The translations under genes were made by a program, and so were the position numbers. A stretch of DNA of 64,000 nucleotides, from the NCBI GenBank assembly GCA_965219685.1, contig CBDCOH010000002.1:3040001-3104000 (forward strand), written 5' to 3'. This document shows, one piece after another, positions 19,755 through 31,494 of the stretch; positions within the stretch are counted from its first letter, which is position 1, and each line of letters starts with the position of its first letter. The notes under the pieces are model-generated. The model was not told the DNA's origin and searched no databases. It worked only from the letters and a program-made list of their open reading frames with translations. This stretch comes from Candidatus Spongiisociaceae bacterium (GTDB taxonomy: Bacteria; Actinomycetota; Acidimicrobiia; Spongiisociales; Spongiisociaceae).

Positions 19755-22700
19755 TCACGACCGGGTTCCCGGCCCGATTGATGCATTTTGCGTGGCCCAG
19801 TCGACTCCGTCGGGTGCTGGGGTTGGTGTGTGGCCCCAGCAGGTGATGGTTCCGTCGCTGCCTAGCCCGCAGAAGTGGGAGTCACCCGCGGAGATGGCTG
19901 TGTAGGTCCCGCCGGGTACGTTGACCGCACGGTTGCCGCAGGTGATGGTTCCGTCGGTGCGTAACCCGCACGGATAACTGTCCCCGCTGGCCAATGCAGC
20001 GAACCTACCGTCGAGTGGCATAGTGGTTCCCCGGTTTGTCGTGCAGCTGATGGTCTGGTCGGTGCGTAGCCCACACGTATACCTAGGCCCGGTCGATACC
20101 GCCGTGAATGTCCCTTCTGGTGGTTCGGGTACCTCCGAGTCCTCAGCGCCCCAGCATGCAATGGTCTGGTCGGTGCGTAGCCCGCACGCATACGCTCCGA
20201 TGGAAACGGCGACAAACGTCCCTTCTGGTGGTTCCGACAAGCCGCCCCCCGCCGGGGTTCCCCAGCATGCAATGGTCTGATCGGTGCCTATCCCGCAGGA
20301 AGACTCATAGCCACTGCTGACAGCGGTGTAGGAGCCTTCGGGACGGTACTCCGAGAAGACCATGCAAGACCATCTGCCGTAGCTCGGAACACACTTCGGG
20401 ATCGCTCCCCAGCAGATTACGGTTCCGTCCGTGCGTATCCCGCACGAATGGGTCCTGCCGCTGCTCACCGAAGTGAACGTCCCGGGCGGCGGTTCGGCTT
20501 GGCCCGAGTTGTTGGCTCCCCAGCAGGTAATCGCCTGGTCGGCTCCTATTGCACAAGAATGGGTCCTGCCGCTGCTCACCGCGGTGAACTGTTCGTTAGC
20601 TTTTGGGGGGGAGACCACCCACAAGCTCCTGTCGCCCCAGCAGGTGATGTTGCCTCCCGCGCGTACCCCGCAGGTGTACCGCTGGCTAGCAGCGACCGAG
20701 GTGAACTTCCCAGGTGGCGGCTCCGCCTCGCCTCTGTTGTTGGCGCCCCAGCAAGTGACGGTTCCGTCGGCGCGTAGTCCGCACGAGTGGGTGTAACCGG
20801 CGGTGACGCTGACGAACCTGCCCCCGGGCGCGTCGGTTTGCCCACCGACGAAACCGTGTCCACGTGAGTTGTTACCCCAGCACTTGACCGTCTGGTCGGT
20901 TCGCAGCCCGCAGGTGTGACCACCGTCGATACTGCCACCCGCCGAGATAGCTGTGAACAGCCCTTGGGGCGGGTCGGTAGCGCCGGCGTGGTTCCAGCCC
21001 CAGCAGACCACGGTCCCGTCGGTTCGCAGCCCGCACGAGTGCCTGAAACCGGCTGTTACTGCGGTGAACCGCCCATCAGGAGCGTCCGCCTGTCCGTCTG
21101 TGTTGGTGCCCCAACAGGCAATCGTCTGGTCGGTTCGTAACCCACAGGAGTGGTCTCCGCCTCCGTAGGTAGAGATCGAGGTGAACTTTCCTTCCGGAAC
21201 ATGGACCCGGGTGGTGCCGTCCCAGTTACCCGACCAGCAGACGACTATCTGGTCGGGGCGTAGCCCACACGAGTTGCTAGCACCGGCTGTGACCGCGGTG
21301 AAGGGTCCGGGAGGTGGGTCCACCCCGCCGTCCCTGTTCGGGCCCCAACAAGCGACGGTTCCCTCGGTTCGGAGCCCACAGGTGTGGGAGTCTCCGGTGG
21401 CTACCGCGGTGAAGGTCCCAGATGGTATCCCCGCCTTACCGCCGTGATCGTATGCCAAGCAGGCAATGGCCCCATCCGACAACACCTCACACGAATGCGA
21501 CCAGCCCATCCCGGAGAAAGACCCAAACGGCGGCGACACCTGCCCAGACTTGTTGCTACCCCAGCAGATGATCGTATGGTCGGTTCGGAGCCCACACGAA
21601 TGCGACCCACCCGCTGATACCGCCGTGAAAGTCCCCGCCGGTGCCTCTGTCCGCTCCTGCCAGTTGCTACCCCAGCAGATGATGGTGTGGTCGGTTCGGA
21701 GCCCACACGAATGCCTTTCACCGGCTGATACCGCGGTGAAAGAACCCGCTGGTGCGTCCGCCCGTCCCCACGCGTTGCTGCCCCAGCAGATGATTGACAG
21801 GTCCGACAGCAGCCCGCACGAATGCGACTCACCAGCGGCTACTGCCGCGTAAGATCCGGTGGGTGCCTCTGTTTGTCCTGATGTATTGGCGCCCCAGCAG
21901 ATGATCGTGTGGTCGGTTCGGAGCCCACAGGTGTGGGAGTCTCCGGCGGATACCGCGCTGAAAGATCCAGGCGGTGCCTCTGTCTGTCCCCATGAGTTGG
22001 CACCCCAGCAGATGACGGTGTGGTCGGTTCGGAGCCCACAGGAGTGCGACCTACCGGCGGCTACTGCCGTATAAGACCCGGCCGGTGCCTCTGTCTTCCT
22101 CTCCCAGTTGCTGCCCCAGCAGGTGACCGATCCGTCCAGCAGTAGGCCACACAAGTGCGAGTAACCGGCGGACACCGCGGTGTAGGACCCAGACGGGGGT
22201 GACAGCTGTTGGTCGTCGGGCCAGCAGGTGACTGATCCGTCGGACAGTAGCCCACACGAGAAGTCCCCGTGACCGGCGGACACCGCGGTGAAATCCGAGC
22301 CGGAGGTACCTGCCTCTGGGGTTTCGCGACCGACCGTAGAAGCCCGCCGCAGGAACGTGGCCATCTGAGCGCGGGTAACCGGCTCGTCAGGGCAGAACCG
22401 CGGTGGCTCGGTCGCGCATCCCGCTGTAACCCCAGCAGCCCATAACGCCTCGATGTTCGCCTCGTGCCTGTTGCCGCCAGTATCTACAAAGCCCGCGCCA
22501 GACGCCACTGCGTCAGCCAGCCCGTACGCCCGCTGCAGGAACGTGGCCATCTGAGCGCGGGTAACCGGGTCGTCAGGGCAATAGCGGAGCGGCCCGGTCG
22601 CGCATCCCGCTGTGATCCCGGTCTCCGCTAGACGCTCAACATGATCCTGCCACCAAACCCCCGCCTCAACATCGGCAAACCCCGAGCCGGCCGCCGGGAC

Positions 22701-23075
22701 CGGATCCCCACCATCGAGAATCCGTACCAGCCACACAGCCATGACCCACCGCAGCAGAGGCGCCCCCGGACAGAACTCACCATCCCCACACTCAGTACTC
22801 TCGAACACTCCCTCAGACGCCAAGCGGCGAATGGCCTCAGCATGCACCGACCCATCGTCCACATCCTCGAACCCCCCAACAGCACCAACAGCACCACCCG
22901 ACCACCCGAACTCCCGTGCTCCTGCCGCGGATGGAACAGCTACAGACACCACCAGCATCGACACAACCGAAAGTACCAGACCAACACGACCCGCCCCACC
23001 CAAATCAAACCTCCCTGCGGCCGCCACCGGATGTTCGACCATCCTAAGAGCCGGACTCACGCCAACCGCCTCCAA
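19755..23075 (-). CDS. Secreted SLH x3 + about 20 RCC1-like repeat protein
   Basis: Hydrophobic signal region, three SLH repeats, many FTAVSAG.SHSCGLRTD.T..CWG repeats; true start uncertain. Confidence 0.9.
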   Translation of the reverse strand: MEAVGVSPALRMVEHPVAAAGRFDLGGAGRVGLVLSVVSMLVVSVAVPSAAGAREFGWSGGAVGAVGGFEDVDDGSVHAEAIRRLASEGVFESTECGDGEFCPGAPLLRWVMAVWLVRILDGGDPVPAAGSGFADVEAGVWWQDHVERLAETGITAGCATGPLRYCPDDPVTRAQMATFLQRAYGLADAVASGAGFVDTGGNRHEANIEALWAAGVTAGCATEPPRFCPDEPVTRAQMATFLRRASTVGRETPEAGTSGSDFTAVSAGHGDFSCGLLSDGSVTCWPDDQQLSPPSGSYTAVSAGYSHLCGLLLDGSVTCWGSNWERKTEAPAGSYTAVAAGRSHSCGLRTDHTVICWGANSWGQTEAPPGSFSAVSAGDSHTCGLRTDHTIICWGANTSGQTEAPTGSYAAVAAGESHSCGLLSDLSIICWGSNAWGRADAPAGSFTAVSAGERHSCGLRTDHTIICWGSNWQERTEAPAGTFTAVSAGGSHSCGLRTDHTIICWGSNKSGQVSPPFGSFSGMGWSHSCEVLSDGAIACLAYDHGGKAGIPSGTFTAVATGDSHTCGLRTEGTVACWGPNRDGGVDPPPGPFTAVTAGASNSCGLRPDQIVVCWSGNWDGTTRVHVPEGKFTSISTYGGGDHSCGLRTDQTIACWGTNTDGQADAPDGRFTAVTAGFRHSCGLRTDGTVVCWGWNHAGATDPPQGLFTAISAGGSIDGGHTCGLRTDQTVKCWGNNSRGHGFVGGQTDAPGGRFVSVTAGYTHSCGLRADGTVTCWGANNRGEAEPPPGKFTSVAASQRYTCGVRAGGNITCWGDRSLWVVSPPKANEQFTAVSSGRTHSCAIGADQAITCWGANNSGQAEPPPGTFTSVSSGRTHSCGIRTDGTVICWGAIPKCVPSYGRWSCMVFSEYRPEGSYTAVSSGYESSCGIGTDQTIACWGTPAGGGLSEPPEGTFVAVSIGAYACGLRTDQTIACWGAEDSEVPEPPEGTFTAVSTGPRYTCGLRTDQTISCTTNRGTTMPLDGRFAALASGDSYPCGLRTDGTITCGNRAVNVPGGTYTAISAGDSHFCGLGSDGTITCWGHTPTPAPDGVDWATQNASIGPGTRS

Positions 23076-23531
23076 GCGACCCCATACTTGTGTCAGCGGA
23101 TCCTGGGGACTCTGCAGTGCTCTAGCCTCTTAGGCCACTGTTCATGAGTGTTTCCATTCGAAGCCGACAGCGACGCTAGAACCAGCGACGACCAGATCGT
23201 CCCGTCGGCCGACGGCTAAGCGGGGAACTCCACCGAGTGGTGTTAGACCTATGGAAGAGTGAAACCGAAGAGTCCGGACACTGCCAAGGCGGAAACCGAC
23301 GAGTACCAATGAGTCGATCTGGGAAGCGTGTGAGGCGGGCCGAGTTGGAGGGAGAGGGCTTCAGCAGAGGGAGTCAGGGCCTGGCGGTGAGACGAGTCGC
23401 AAGGGCCAGATCGCAGTTGGCGGCTAAGACCTCCACCGCCTCGGCCAGGGACAGCACAGCGTGGAGTGGATTAACGGGCTCGAGAGCTGCTGAAGGGAAA
23501 CGGACGAATAACCTATGGCTTCGAGTATTCA

Positions 23532-23720
23532 GAGGCTTCGCGAAAGACGTATGGTTGGGGTGTTCTGGTGGTCGGTGTGGAAGTCATGATTCCGCGGGCT
23601 CGCATCGGGTCCACACGCCCAGGACGTGGTACCAGAAGTGGGACTTCAACCGCCCGGTCGTTAGCCAGCGCACGGTTCAGCTGGCGGTTCGCCGTTTGCA
23701 GCAGCGGACAGCACATCCGT
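23532..23720 (+). repeat. Dispersed non-coding element R, longest copy, beginning GAGGCTTCGCGAAA
   Basis: Aligns along its length with 56318-56503 (minus strand) and with the flanks of IS110 F and G. Confidence 0.8.
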
Positions 23721-26700
23721 CACCGGTAACCAATCACCCCTCATCGTTAGGACCACTTAGTCTATGTGTATTCCCGCGGTCCAGAGAACGGAGGCGGCTG
23801 CTCTTCGATGCCCTTCGTATCGCCTCCGAGTGGATCAAGCTGAGGTTGTTTTGGTTCCGATCGTGTTGCTGTGACAGAGCCTGATGGATGAGGAGCGAGC
23901 GCTTAGGAACGGGTGAGGCGCTTGCCTTTCGTAGGATTCGTCGTCGTGGGCGGGCTACCGATGTTAGTCGTGGGTTGATGATGGTGCTTCCCTTCCCACG
24001 ACTGACGACGTTTCGCTGGTCTGTAGACTCACCGGGACGGAAACGTCGGTGAAGGCTGAGCGGGTACAGTTGAGTTGGTGACGGCGTGGACGTGTCGTGT
24101 GGTTGCTGGTCGGTGGGTAGCGTTGGTGGTGGTGTCGGCTGTTGTCGGAGTTGTGGTGGGGGTAGGGGTTTCTGCACCAGCTGCGGCTGCTGATTCTGGT
24201 TCGGGGTTTTCGGATATTGGTGAGGCTGGGTCTCATCGGGGTTCTGTGGAGGCGTTGGCGGCTGAGGGTGTTCTGGCGGGGACGGAGTGCGCTCCGGAGA
24301 TGTTCTGCCCTGCTGAGCCGGTCCACCGGTGGGTGATGGCGGTCTGGCTGGTTCGGGTGATCGACGGCGCAGACCCCGACCGGTCAGGGGTGTCCCGGTT
24401 CGCGGATGTGGGTGCGGGCGAGTGGTGGGCGCCTCATGTGGAGCGTTTGGCCGAGTTGGGTGTTACTGCTGGTTGCGCTACCGGGCCGTTGCGGTTCTGC
24501 CCGTCCGAGGCTGTTACCCGCGCTCAGATGGCGTCGTTCCTGGTTCGGGCTTTCGGCCTTCCGGAGGGTTCGTCTGGTGAGTTCGCCGACATTGACGGAG
24601 ATGCTCACGCGGCGAATATCGATGCGTTGGCGGCTGCTGGTGTGACATCGGGCTGCTCGACCGATCCGCTCCGATACTGCCCTGGTCGGGATACCACTCG
24701 GGCTCAGATGGCAACGTTTCTGAGCCGTGCTCTGCAGTTTGGTTCGTCCAGACCGGTTGAGACACCGGAGGGTGGGGGGTTCAAAGCGGTTTCGGCTGGT
24801 AATGGTTTCTCGTGCGGGATCCGCGCCGATGGGACGGTTGCCTGCTGGGGTGCGAACTGGAGGGGTCAGGCAACCGCCCCGGAGGGGGAGTTCAGCACGG
24901 TAACCGCTGGCTTTGAGCACTCGTGTGGGGTACGCAGCGACGGGACTGTTGCCTGCTGGGGTGGGAACTGGGCCGGTCAGACCGATGCCCCCGAGGGGAA
25001 GTTCAGCACGGTTTCTGCCGGGTTTGGGCACTCGTGTGGGGTACGCACCGATTGGAGCGTTGTCTGCTGGGGCCAGAACTCCCATGGCCAGACCGACGCT
25101 CCCGCGGGCAAGTTCACCACAGTGTCCGCCGGATGGGCACATTCGTGTGGCGTACGCAGCGACCGCAGCGTTGTCTGCTGGGGAGACAACACCCATGGCC
25201 AGACCGACGCTCCCGGCGGCAAGTTCAGCGCCGTTTCCGCGGGACAGTCGCATTCGTGCGGGATAGGTAGCACTGGAAGGGTTGTCTGCTGGGGTGCGAA
25301 CTGGTGGGGTCAGGCTTCCGCCCCCGGGGGGAGGTTTAGCGCTGTCTCCGCGGGACGATCGCACTCGTGTGCGCTGTTTGATGATGCAACGGTTGCCTGC
25401 TGGGGTACCAATACCGATGGCAGAGCCGACCCACCCGACGGCCAGTTCACCAGCGTGTCCACTGGATGGGCACATTCGTGTGGGCTGTTTGATGATGCAA
25501 CGGTTGCCTGCTGGGGCAACGACAACGATCGCCGAGCCGGCCCGCCCGAAGGTGGGTTCAGGTCGGTATCGGTGGGAGGTGGGCACACATGCGGGATCCG
25601 CACCGATGGGACCGTCGCATGCTGGGGTTACGGCGCCGGTGGGCCTTTCGACCTATCGGACGGCAAGTTCATGAGTCTGGCTGTCGGGTTCGCTCATTCA
25701 TGTGGGATCCGCACCGACGGCACCGTTGCATGCTCGGGAGCCGATGCCGATGGCCGAACAGAGGCTCCGCGAGGAGAGTTCCGGTTGGTATCGGCAGGGT
25801 TTGCTCATTCATGTGGGATCCGCACCGATGGGACGGTCGTCTGCTGGGGCCAGAACTCCGATGGTCAGACCGATGCACCCGAGGGCAAGTTCACCACAGT
25901 GTCCGCCGGATGGGCCCACTCTTGTGGGATCCGCACCGATGGGACGGCTGTCTGCTGGGGTAACAACTGGGCGGGTCGCGCTGACGCTCCTAGCGGGAGT
26001 TTCAACGCTGTATCGGCCGGGAATGGGCATTCGTGTGGGATCCGCACCGATGGGACGGCTGTCTGCTGGGGAATCAACTGGGCGGGTCGCGCTGACGCTC
26101 CTAGCGGGAGTTTCAACGCTGTATCGGCCGGGGATGCGCATTCGTGTGGGATCCGTACCGATCGGACTGTTGTCTGCTGGGGGGACAACACCGACAGCCG
26201 AGCCGACGCACCCGAAGGCAAGTTCAGCGCGGTTGCCGCCGGGTGGGCGCATTCGTGTGGTGTCCGGTCGAGCGGGATCCCAGACTGTTGGGGCCGCGAC
26301 CCGGTTGTCCCGTTTCCCGCCGGTGTGCGACAAGCCGCATGGCCCGGGGGTCCGGACCCGCAGATGTGTCGTCCTAGGGGAGTGGAACGTCACACAGCCG
26401 GTTTCCCCCTCCCAGGCTGGGCGGTGCCGCCTAGCGGGAAACTACGGGTAGCGGTCCTCTTTGTGGACTTCCCCGACGCGGTGGCCCGACACTCCACCCA
26501 GCGCGAAGCCGCCGGGCGGTTGCGGGAGGTCGAAGAGCGCATCGAGCGTTACAGCTACGGAAAACTAGAAGTCGAGTTCGGAGTGCTACATGGCTGGCTG
26601 CGCGCCCAACATGGCTACAGGCACTACGAGGCTGACTCTGTGGCAGGTGGAGTCCAGATCGAGGCGGACACCGTCAGGGAGGCTGTGCGGCTCGCCGACG

Positions 26701-27139
26701 ACCGTTTCGACTTCGCCGGCTACCACCAAGTACTGGTCGTCGCACCCAGTTCACACTTCGGGGGCGGCGTCGCCGTTGACGGAGTCCACACCGATGAGGG
26801 ACCGATCGGCCGAGCGGCCGTGATCAACTCTTACAGACATGACAAGGACACAGACCCCAACGACTGGAGTTATGCTGCAGCTCACGAAATCGTCCACGGA
26901 CTCGGACTGCTAGACCTGTATCCCTTTGACCAGGCGCGGCACCGGCAACCAGCTCCCCCCAGAGACCGCAAATGGGTACCCTCCAGGTTCGGTCTCATGA
27001 ACCTATGGGCCTACTTCCTCACAGACGAAAGAGACCCACGCCTCGCGCTTACTTGGCATTGGCCCGACGGCAACACCACCACCGATCTGAACCGCCCCGG
27101 TTACCCCGGAGACTCGATTAGTTGGGAGATAATGGAGTC

Positions 27140-28380
<1,241 letters not shown>

Positions 28381-29297
28381 AACACTCTCCGGCAAACCCG
28401 GGGCGGTTCAATCACAACCTGGGTTCAGTGCTGGCTGAGGAAATGCTGGCGTGGAGTCGCTGGCAACTCGGTTGGCTCGAACCCGACCAAGTCCTGTGTG
28501 TCACCGACAAACACACAACCGTAACCCTGACTCCTGTTGCCGACCCCGGCCGGGGCACAGCAATGGTCGCAATCCCCCTATCCAGGTCCGAAGTCATCGT
28601 CATCGAGAGCCGACACAGGATCGGCTATGACAAGGGCCAAGAATACCAAGCCCCGAACGGGGCGCAGACCACCTTTCCAGCCCTCCTCACCGAGGGCGTC
28701 CTCGTATACACAGTCGACGCCACCCTCGGATCAGGGAACCTACCTGTGAAAGTGGCTGGCGACTCGGGAAACGGACAAGTAGACGACTACCCCATCCTCA
28801 CCCGCGGCCAGAGTGTCACCACCCACGGCTACACCATCACCGTGATCTCTACAACACCCAACACCACGATCACAATCACACAAGAGTGAATCCTCCTGAG
28901 CCGCGCTGAACATCCGTGGGTTAGGTAGGGGCCCTTCGCGTGTGTGGGCGTTGGGCCCCCCTTCCTGTTGTGTTGGTGGGTCCCGGCAGCCGTTTTGTTG
29001 TGGTGGTGGCTGGTGGGGGTCGAGTAGCTGTTTGAGGTTGACCCGCTTTGGTGGACACTACTCTCCGGCAGACCCGGGGCGGTTCACCCCTTCCAAACCC
29101 GAGTCATCACCCGAATCCCCGACTAGCCCCCATCCCTCCTAGCCGACCGAACCTACCCCCCAAACCGTCCCACAACACCCCGACCCGGAGGGCCGGAGAA
29201 CCCGCCGGCACAGACACCCTACGAACGCGACTACCCCCTCGTCAGATACCCACCTCAGCAACCCATAACGGGGTAGGTCGATCGTCGGGGTGGCAGC

Positions 29298-29342
29298 AGG
29301 ACGGGACCGGTGCCCGCAGCCAGACCCCGGTCCGACCTGTCC
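29298..29342 (-). other. Stem-loop 3' of the pentamer array
   Basis: GGACCGG...CCGGTCC inverted repeat, extendable by GGAC/GTCC; no U-tract, so not called a terminator. Confidence 0.5.
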
Positions 29343-29350
29343 GCTCTGGA

Positions 29351-29429
29351 TGTCCATGCCGTGCGCTGCCGCGCCATGCCTGGCGGTGCCATGCCAAGCT
29401 TTCCGTGCCTTGCCAAGCCAAGCCCCGCC
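29351..29429 (-). repeat. Pentamer array (GGC-NN)x~16, candidate guide RNA
   Basis: GGCGG GGCTT GGCTT GGCAA GGCAC GGAA AGCTT GGCAT GGCAC CGCCA GGCAT GGCGC GGCAG CGCAC GGCAT GGACA, starting 3 nt after the RAMP stop codon. Confidence 0.9.
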
Positions 29430-29432
29430 TCG

Positions 29433-30029
29433 CTAGTCGACCGTTTCGATGTTCTCCACTTCGAAGCGTCCGTACTGTCCCGACTTCTGGGGTCGCCAGT
29501 CCCCGATCCCGAGCCGCCGCCCACCGATGTCCAGCCAGGTGAGCAGCTGGTCACGGTCGACGAGTTCGTCGTCCACATCGACGACGAAAGTGACCGCCCA
29601 CCGCTCGAACCGGGCCCGGGTGCGCAACACTCGGCGGCCGTTCACCATCACCCCGGTCGTGAACTGGCAACTACGCGCCAACTCGGCGGCGGTGGTACCC
29701 AGCGACTGGTCGTAGTCGAAGGCCTCGACCGTCTGGACGTTGAGTCCTTCCCGTACTAGCGGTCCCTGGCGGAGTTTTCGGGCGGCGTACTCGATGTTTG
29801 ACCGAAGCGCCGCCGCCGGGACCGTAGGCGCTCCGATCTCGTCGAGGTAAAGCGAAACGAGGCACTCCAACTCCCGGAGGCGGACCTCGTCGGTCTCTGT
29901 CCGGTTACCCGCCCGTTTCTTGGTGATCTCCGCCTTCTCGATGTTGGCAGCCGATCGGGTGTCCAATCCGGCCGCTCCGTTGTTAGTGATGAGGGGGCTA
30001 ACACCCCGAATTGTGATCCGATACCGCAT
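29433..30029 (-). CDS. Stand-alone RAMP/Cas7-like protein (Vipr-like), 198 aa
   Basis: RAMP-type beta1 RITIRGVSPL, PTVPAAALRS helix motif, C-terminal G-rich loop LGIGDWRPQKSGQYGRFEV; GGAGG RBS. Confidence 0.8.
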   Translation of the reverse strand: MRYRITIRGVSPLITNNGAAGLDTRSAANIEKAEITKKRAGNRTETDEVRLRELECLVSLYLDEIGAPTVPAAALRSNIEYAARKLRQGPLVREGLNVQTVEAFDYDQSLGTTAAELARSCQFTTGVMVNGRRVLRTRARFERWAVTFVVDVDDELVDRDQLLTWLDIGGRRLGIGDWRPQKSGQYGRFEVENIETVD

Positions 30030-30391
30030 TCCGCGATCACCTCCCTAAAGCGAGCCACGAACTCATACACGCTGCCCCCAGCCCGACTGAACCGGCGCAG
30101 GCTGGTAGCCAGCCGATGACACAGCGAACACAAACCCACCAGATCCGACGCCACGAGCTTGGGCCGCCCACAGCAGGCGTCGTCCCGCCCGCACGGATAC
30201 ACCAGGGCGCTGTGATGCGCTTCTGCGGCTGCTCGGAGCCCGCAGAAGGAACAGCAGCCCCCGTTACGGGCCAACACGTAGGACCTCAACAGCAGGTACC
30301 TCGGCCCGTACGCATCCCCGCAACGCGCCACGACCGGCTTGTCCGCCCTGGCCGATACACGGTCCGGCGCCGATCCTTGCTCTGTGTTCAC
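29756..30391 (-). CDS. HNH endonuclease-like zinc-finger protein
   Basis: R..VLARNGGCCSFCG...EAHH...DLVGLCSLCH; the tail overlaps the RAMP gene. Confidence 0.65.
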   Translation of the reverse strand: MNTEQGSAPDRVSARADKPVVARCGDAYGPRYLLLRSYVLARNGGCCSFCGLRAAAEAHHSALVYPCGRDDACCGRPKLVASDLVGLCSLCHRLATSLRRFSRAGGSVYEFVARFREVIAECGIGSQFGVLAPSSLTTERPDWTPDRLPTSRRRRSPRNGRVTGQRPTRSASGSWSASFRFTSTRSERLRSRRRRFGQTSSTPPENSARDR

Positions 30392-30414
30392 CCGTCGGGA
30401 CCTCCCCGGGCTTC

Positions 30415-30510
30415 ATGGTACCGTAGCCCTATAGGCCTATGGTACCATACCATAGTAAGGGATAGAAGGGATCCGGTGGTTAGGGTCGGTACCATCGGGG
30501 CGTACCCGAT
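30415..30510. promoter_or_regulatory. Divergent promoter region with repeated GGTACC-centred palindromes
   Basis: ATGGTACCGT (30415), ATAGGCCTAT (30431), TATGGTACCATA (30438), CGGTACCAT (30487). Confidence 0.55.
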
Positions 30511-30523
30511 CCCCCTTCTCAGT

Positions 30524-30760
30524 GTGAGTGTCCGGCACCCAGACCACAGCGATATCGAGCAGCAGACCCTCCAAGCGTGGGAGACCTATCGGAGGGCTAA
30601 TCGGGCGCGTGTGGAGGCCTCGGCCGCTGTGGACGCGAAACTCGCTGCTGCCCGCTCGGAGGGGGTTTCCATGTATCGGATGGCCAAATGGCTCGGAGTC
30701 ACTGAACGGGCGATCAAGGTACGGCTCGAGAAGTACGACCGAACACACCCCAAGCCCTGA
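30524..30760 (+). CDS. Small HTH DNA-binding protein
   Basis: AARSEGVSMYRMAKWLGVTERAIKVRL; start codon uncertain. Confidence 0.65.
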   Translation: MSVRHPDHSDIEQQTLQAWETYRRANRARVEASAAVDAKLAAARSEGVSMYRMAKWLGVTERAIKVRLEKYDRTHPKP

Positions 30761-31494
30761 AGCCCCACCGAGGACAGGCACCACATCTGTAGCGCGTGCC
30801 GTTTCCGGGAGGACACCGTTTTGGACAGCGGCGCGAGGGTTGGTTTGTGCGGGGCGGGAGGCCGCGGATTGTTGTCTGGGTTTTCGTGTAGTGTCTGGTG
30901 GTGTGGGTTAGCGATCCGTCCGGGTCTATGGTGATCGGGTGACGACCCGACGCGACGGCTCCTATCCCGCTGCCCGACCCGGTTTTCCCTATACCGGGCT
31001 CGTTCCGCTGCTGTGAGCTTCCTCGCGGCGGAGATTGCCGCTCTGGGCGGGCTTGCGCAACGTGTCCGTATCCGGTTTCAGTGCCGTCCCAGCCAGGTCC
31101 GACCGAACGGCTTCCTCCGTGTCGAAATGGTCGCTCGCTGTTTCAGCCGGGGTCTGGTTCTGCGAGCGCTCGCCGCTCTTGTGGCCCGCCAGGCCGCTAA
31201 GGGAGTGGCTGCCGGCAGTCGGTTGGCGGGTGGGGGTTGTCCGGGCGCTGGGCTGGGCGTTGTTGTGGGTTGCAGCCGCCGAAGCCTGATCCGGATCGGT
31301 GTCGGAGCGTGGGCCGGGCCGCCACTCCTGGTTGCTGAGGATCGGGACAGTTAGCTGTCGAGGGTGTCTCGAGCGGCTGCTACGGCGTTTCGGGGTTGGT
31401 GAGGGTTGGCGGGGTCGAGCCGGGACCGTCCCAGACCGGTAGTGCCGAACCCGCATGTGCGACGTTCGTGTTTTGGTTGGGGCTGGTGTCGCGG

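Noticed and set aside
23260-23500. RNase P RNA-like GAAGAGTCCGGAC motif
   Set aside because: The other conserved RNase P segments are absent.
29140-29300. Second GGY-NN array further downstream
   Set aside because: G-rich on the minus strand but without sustained 5-nt periodicity.
29100-30800. Classical CRISPR-Cas locus around the Cas7-like gene
   Set aside because: No 25-45 bp repeats with spacers and no other cas genes anywhere in the window.
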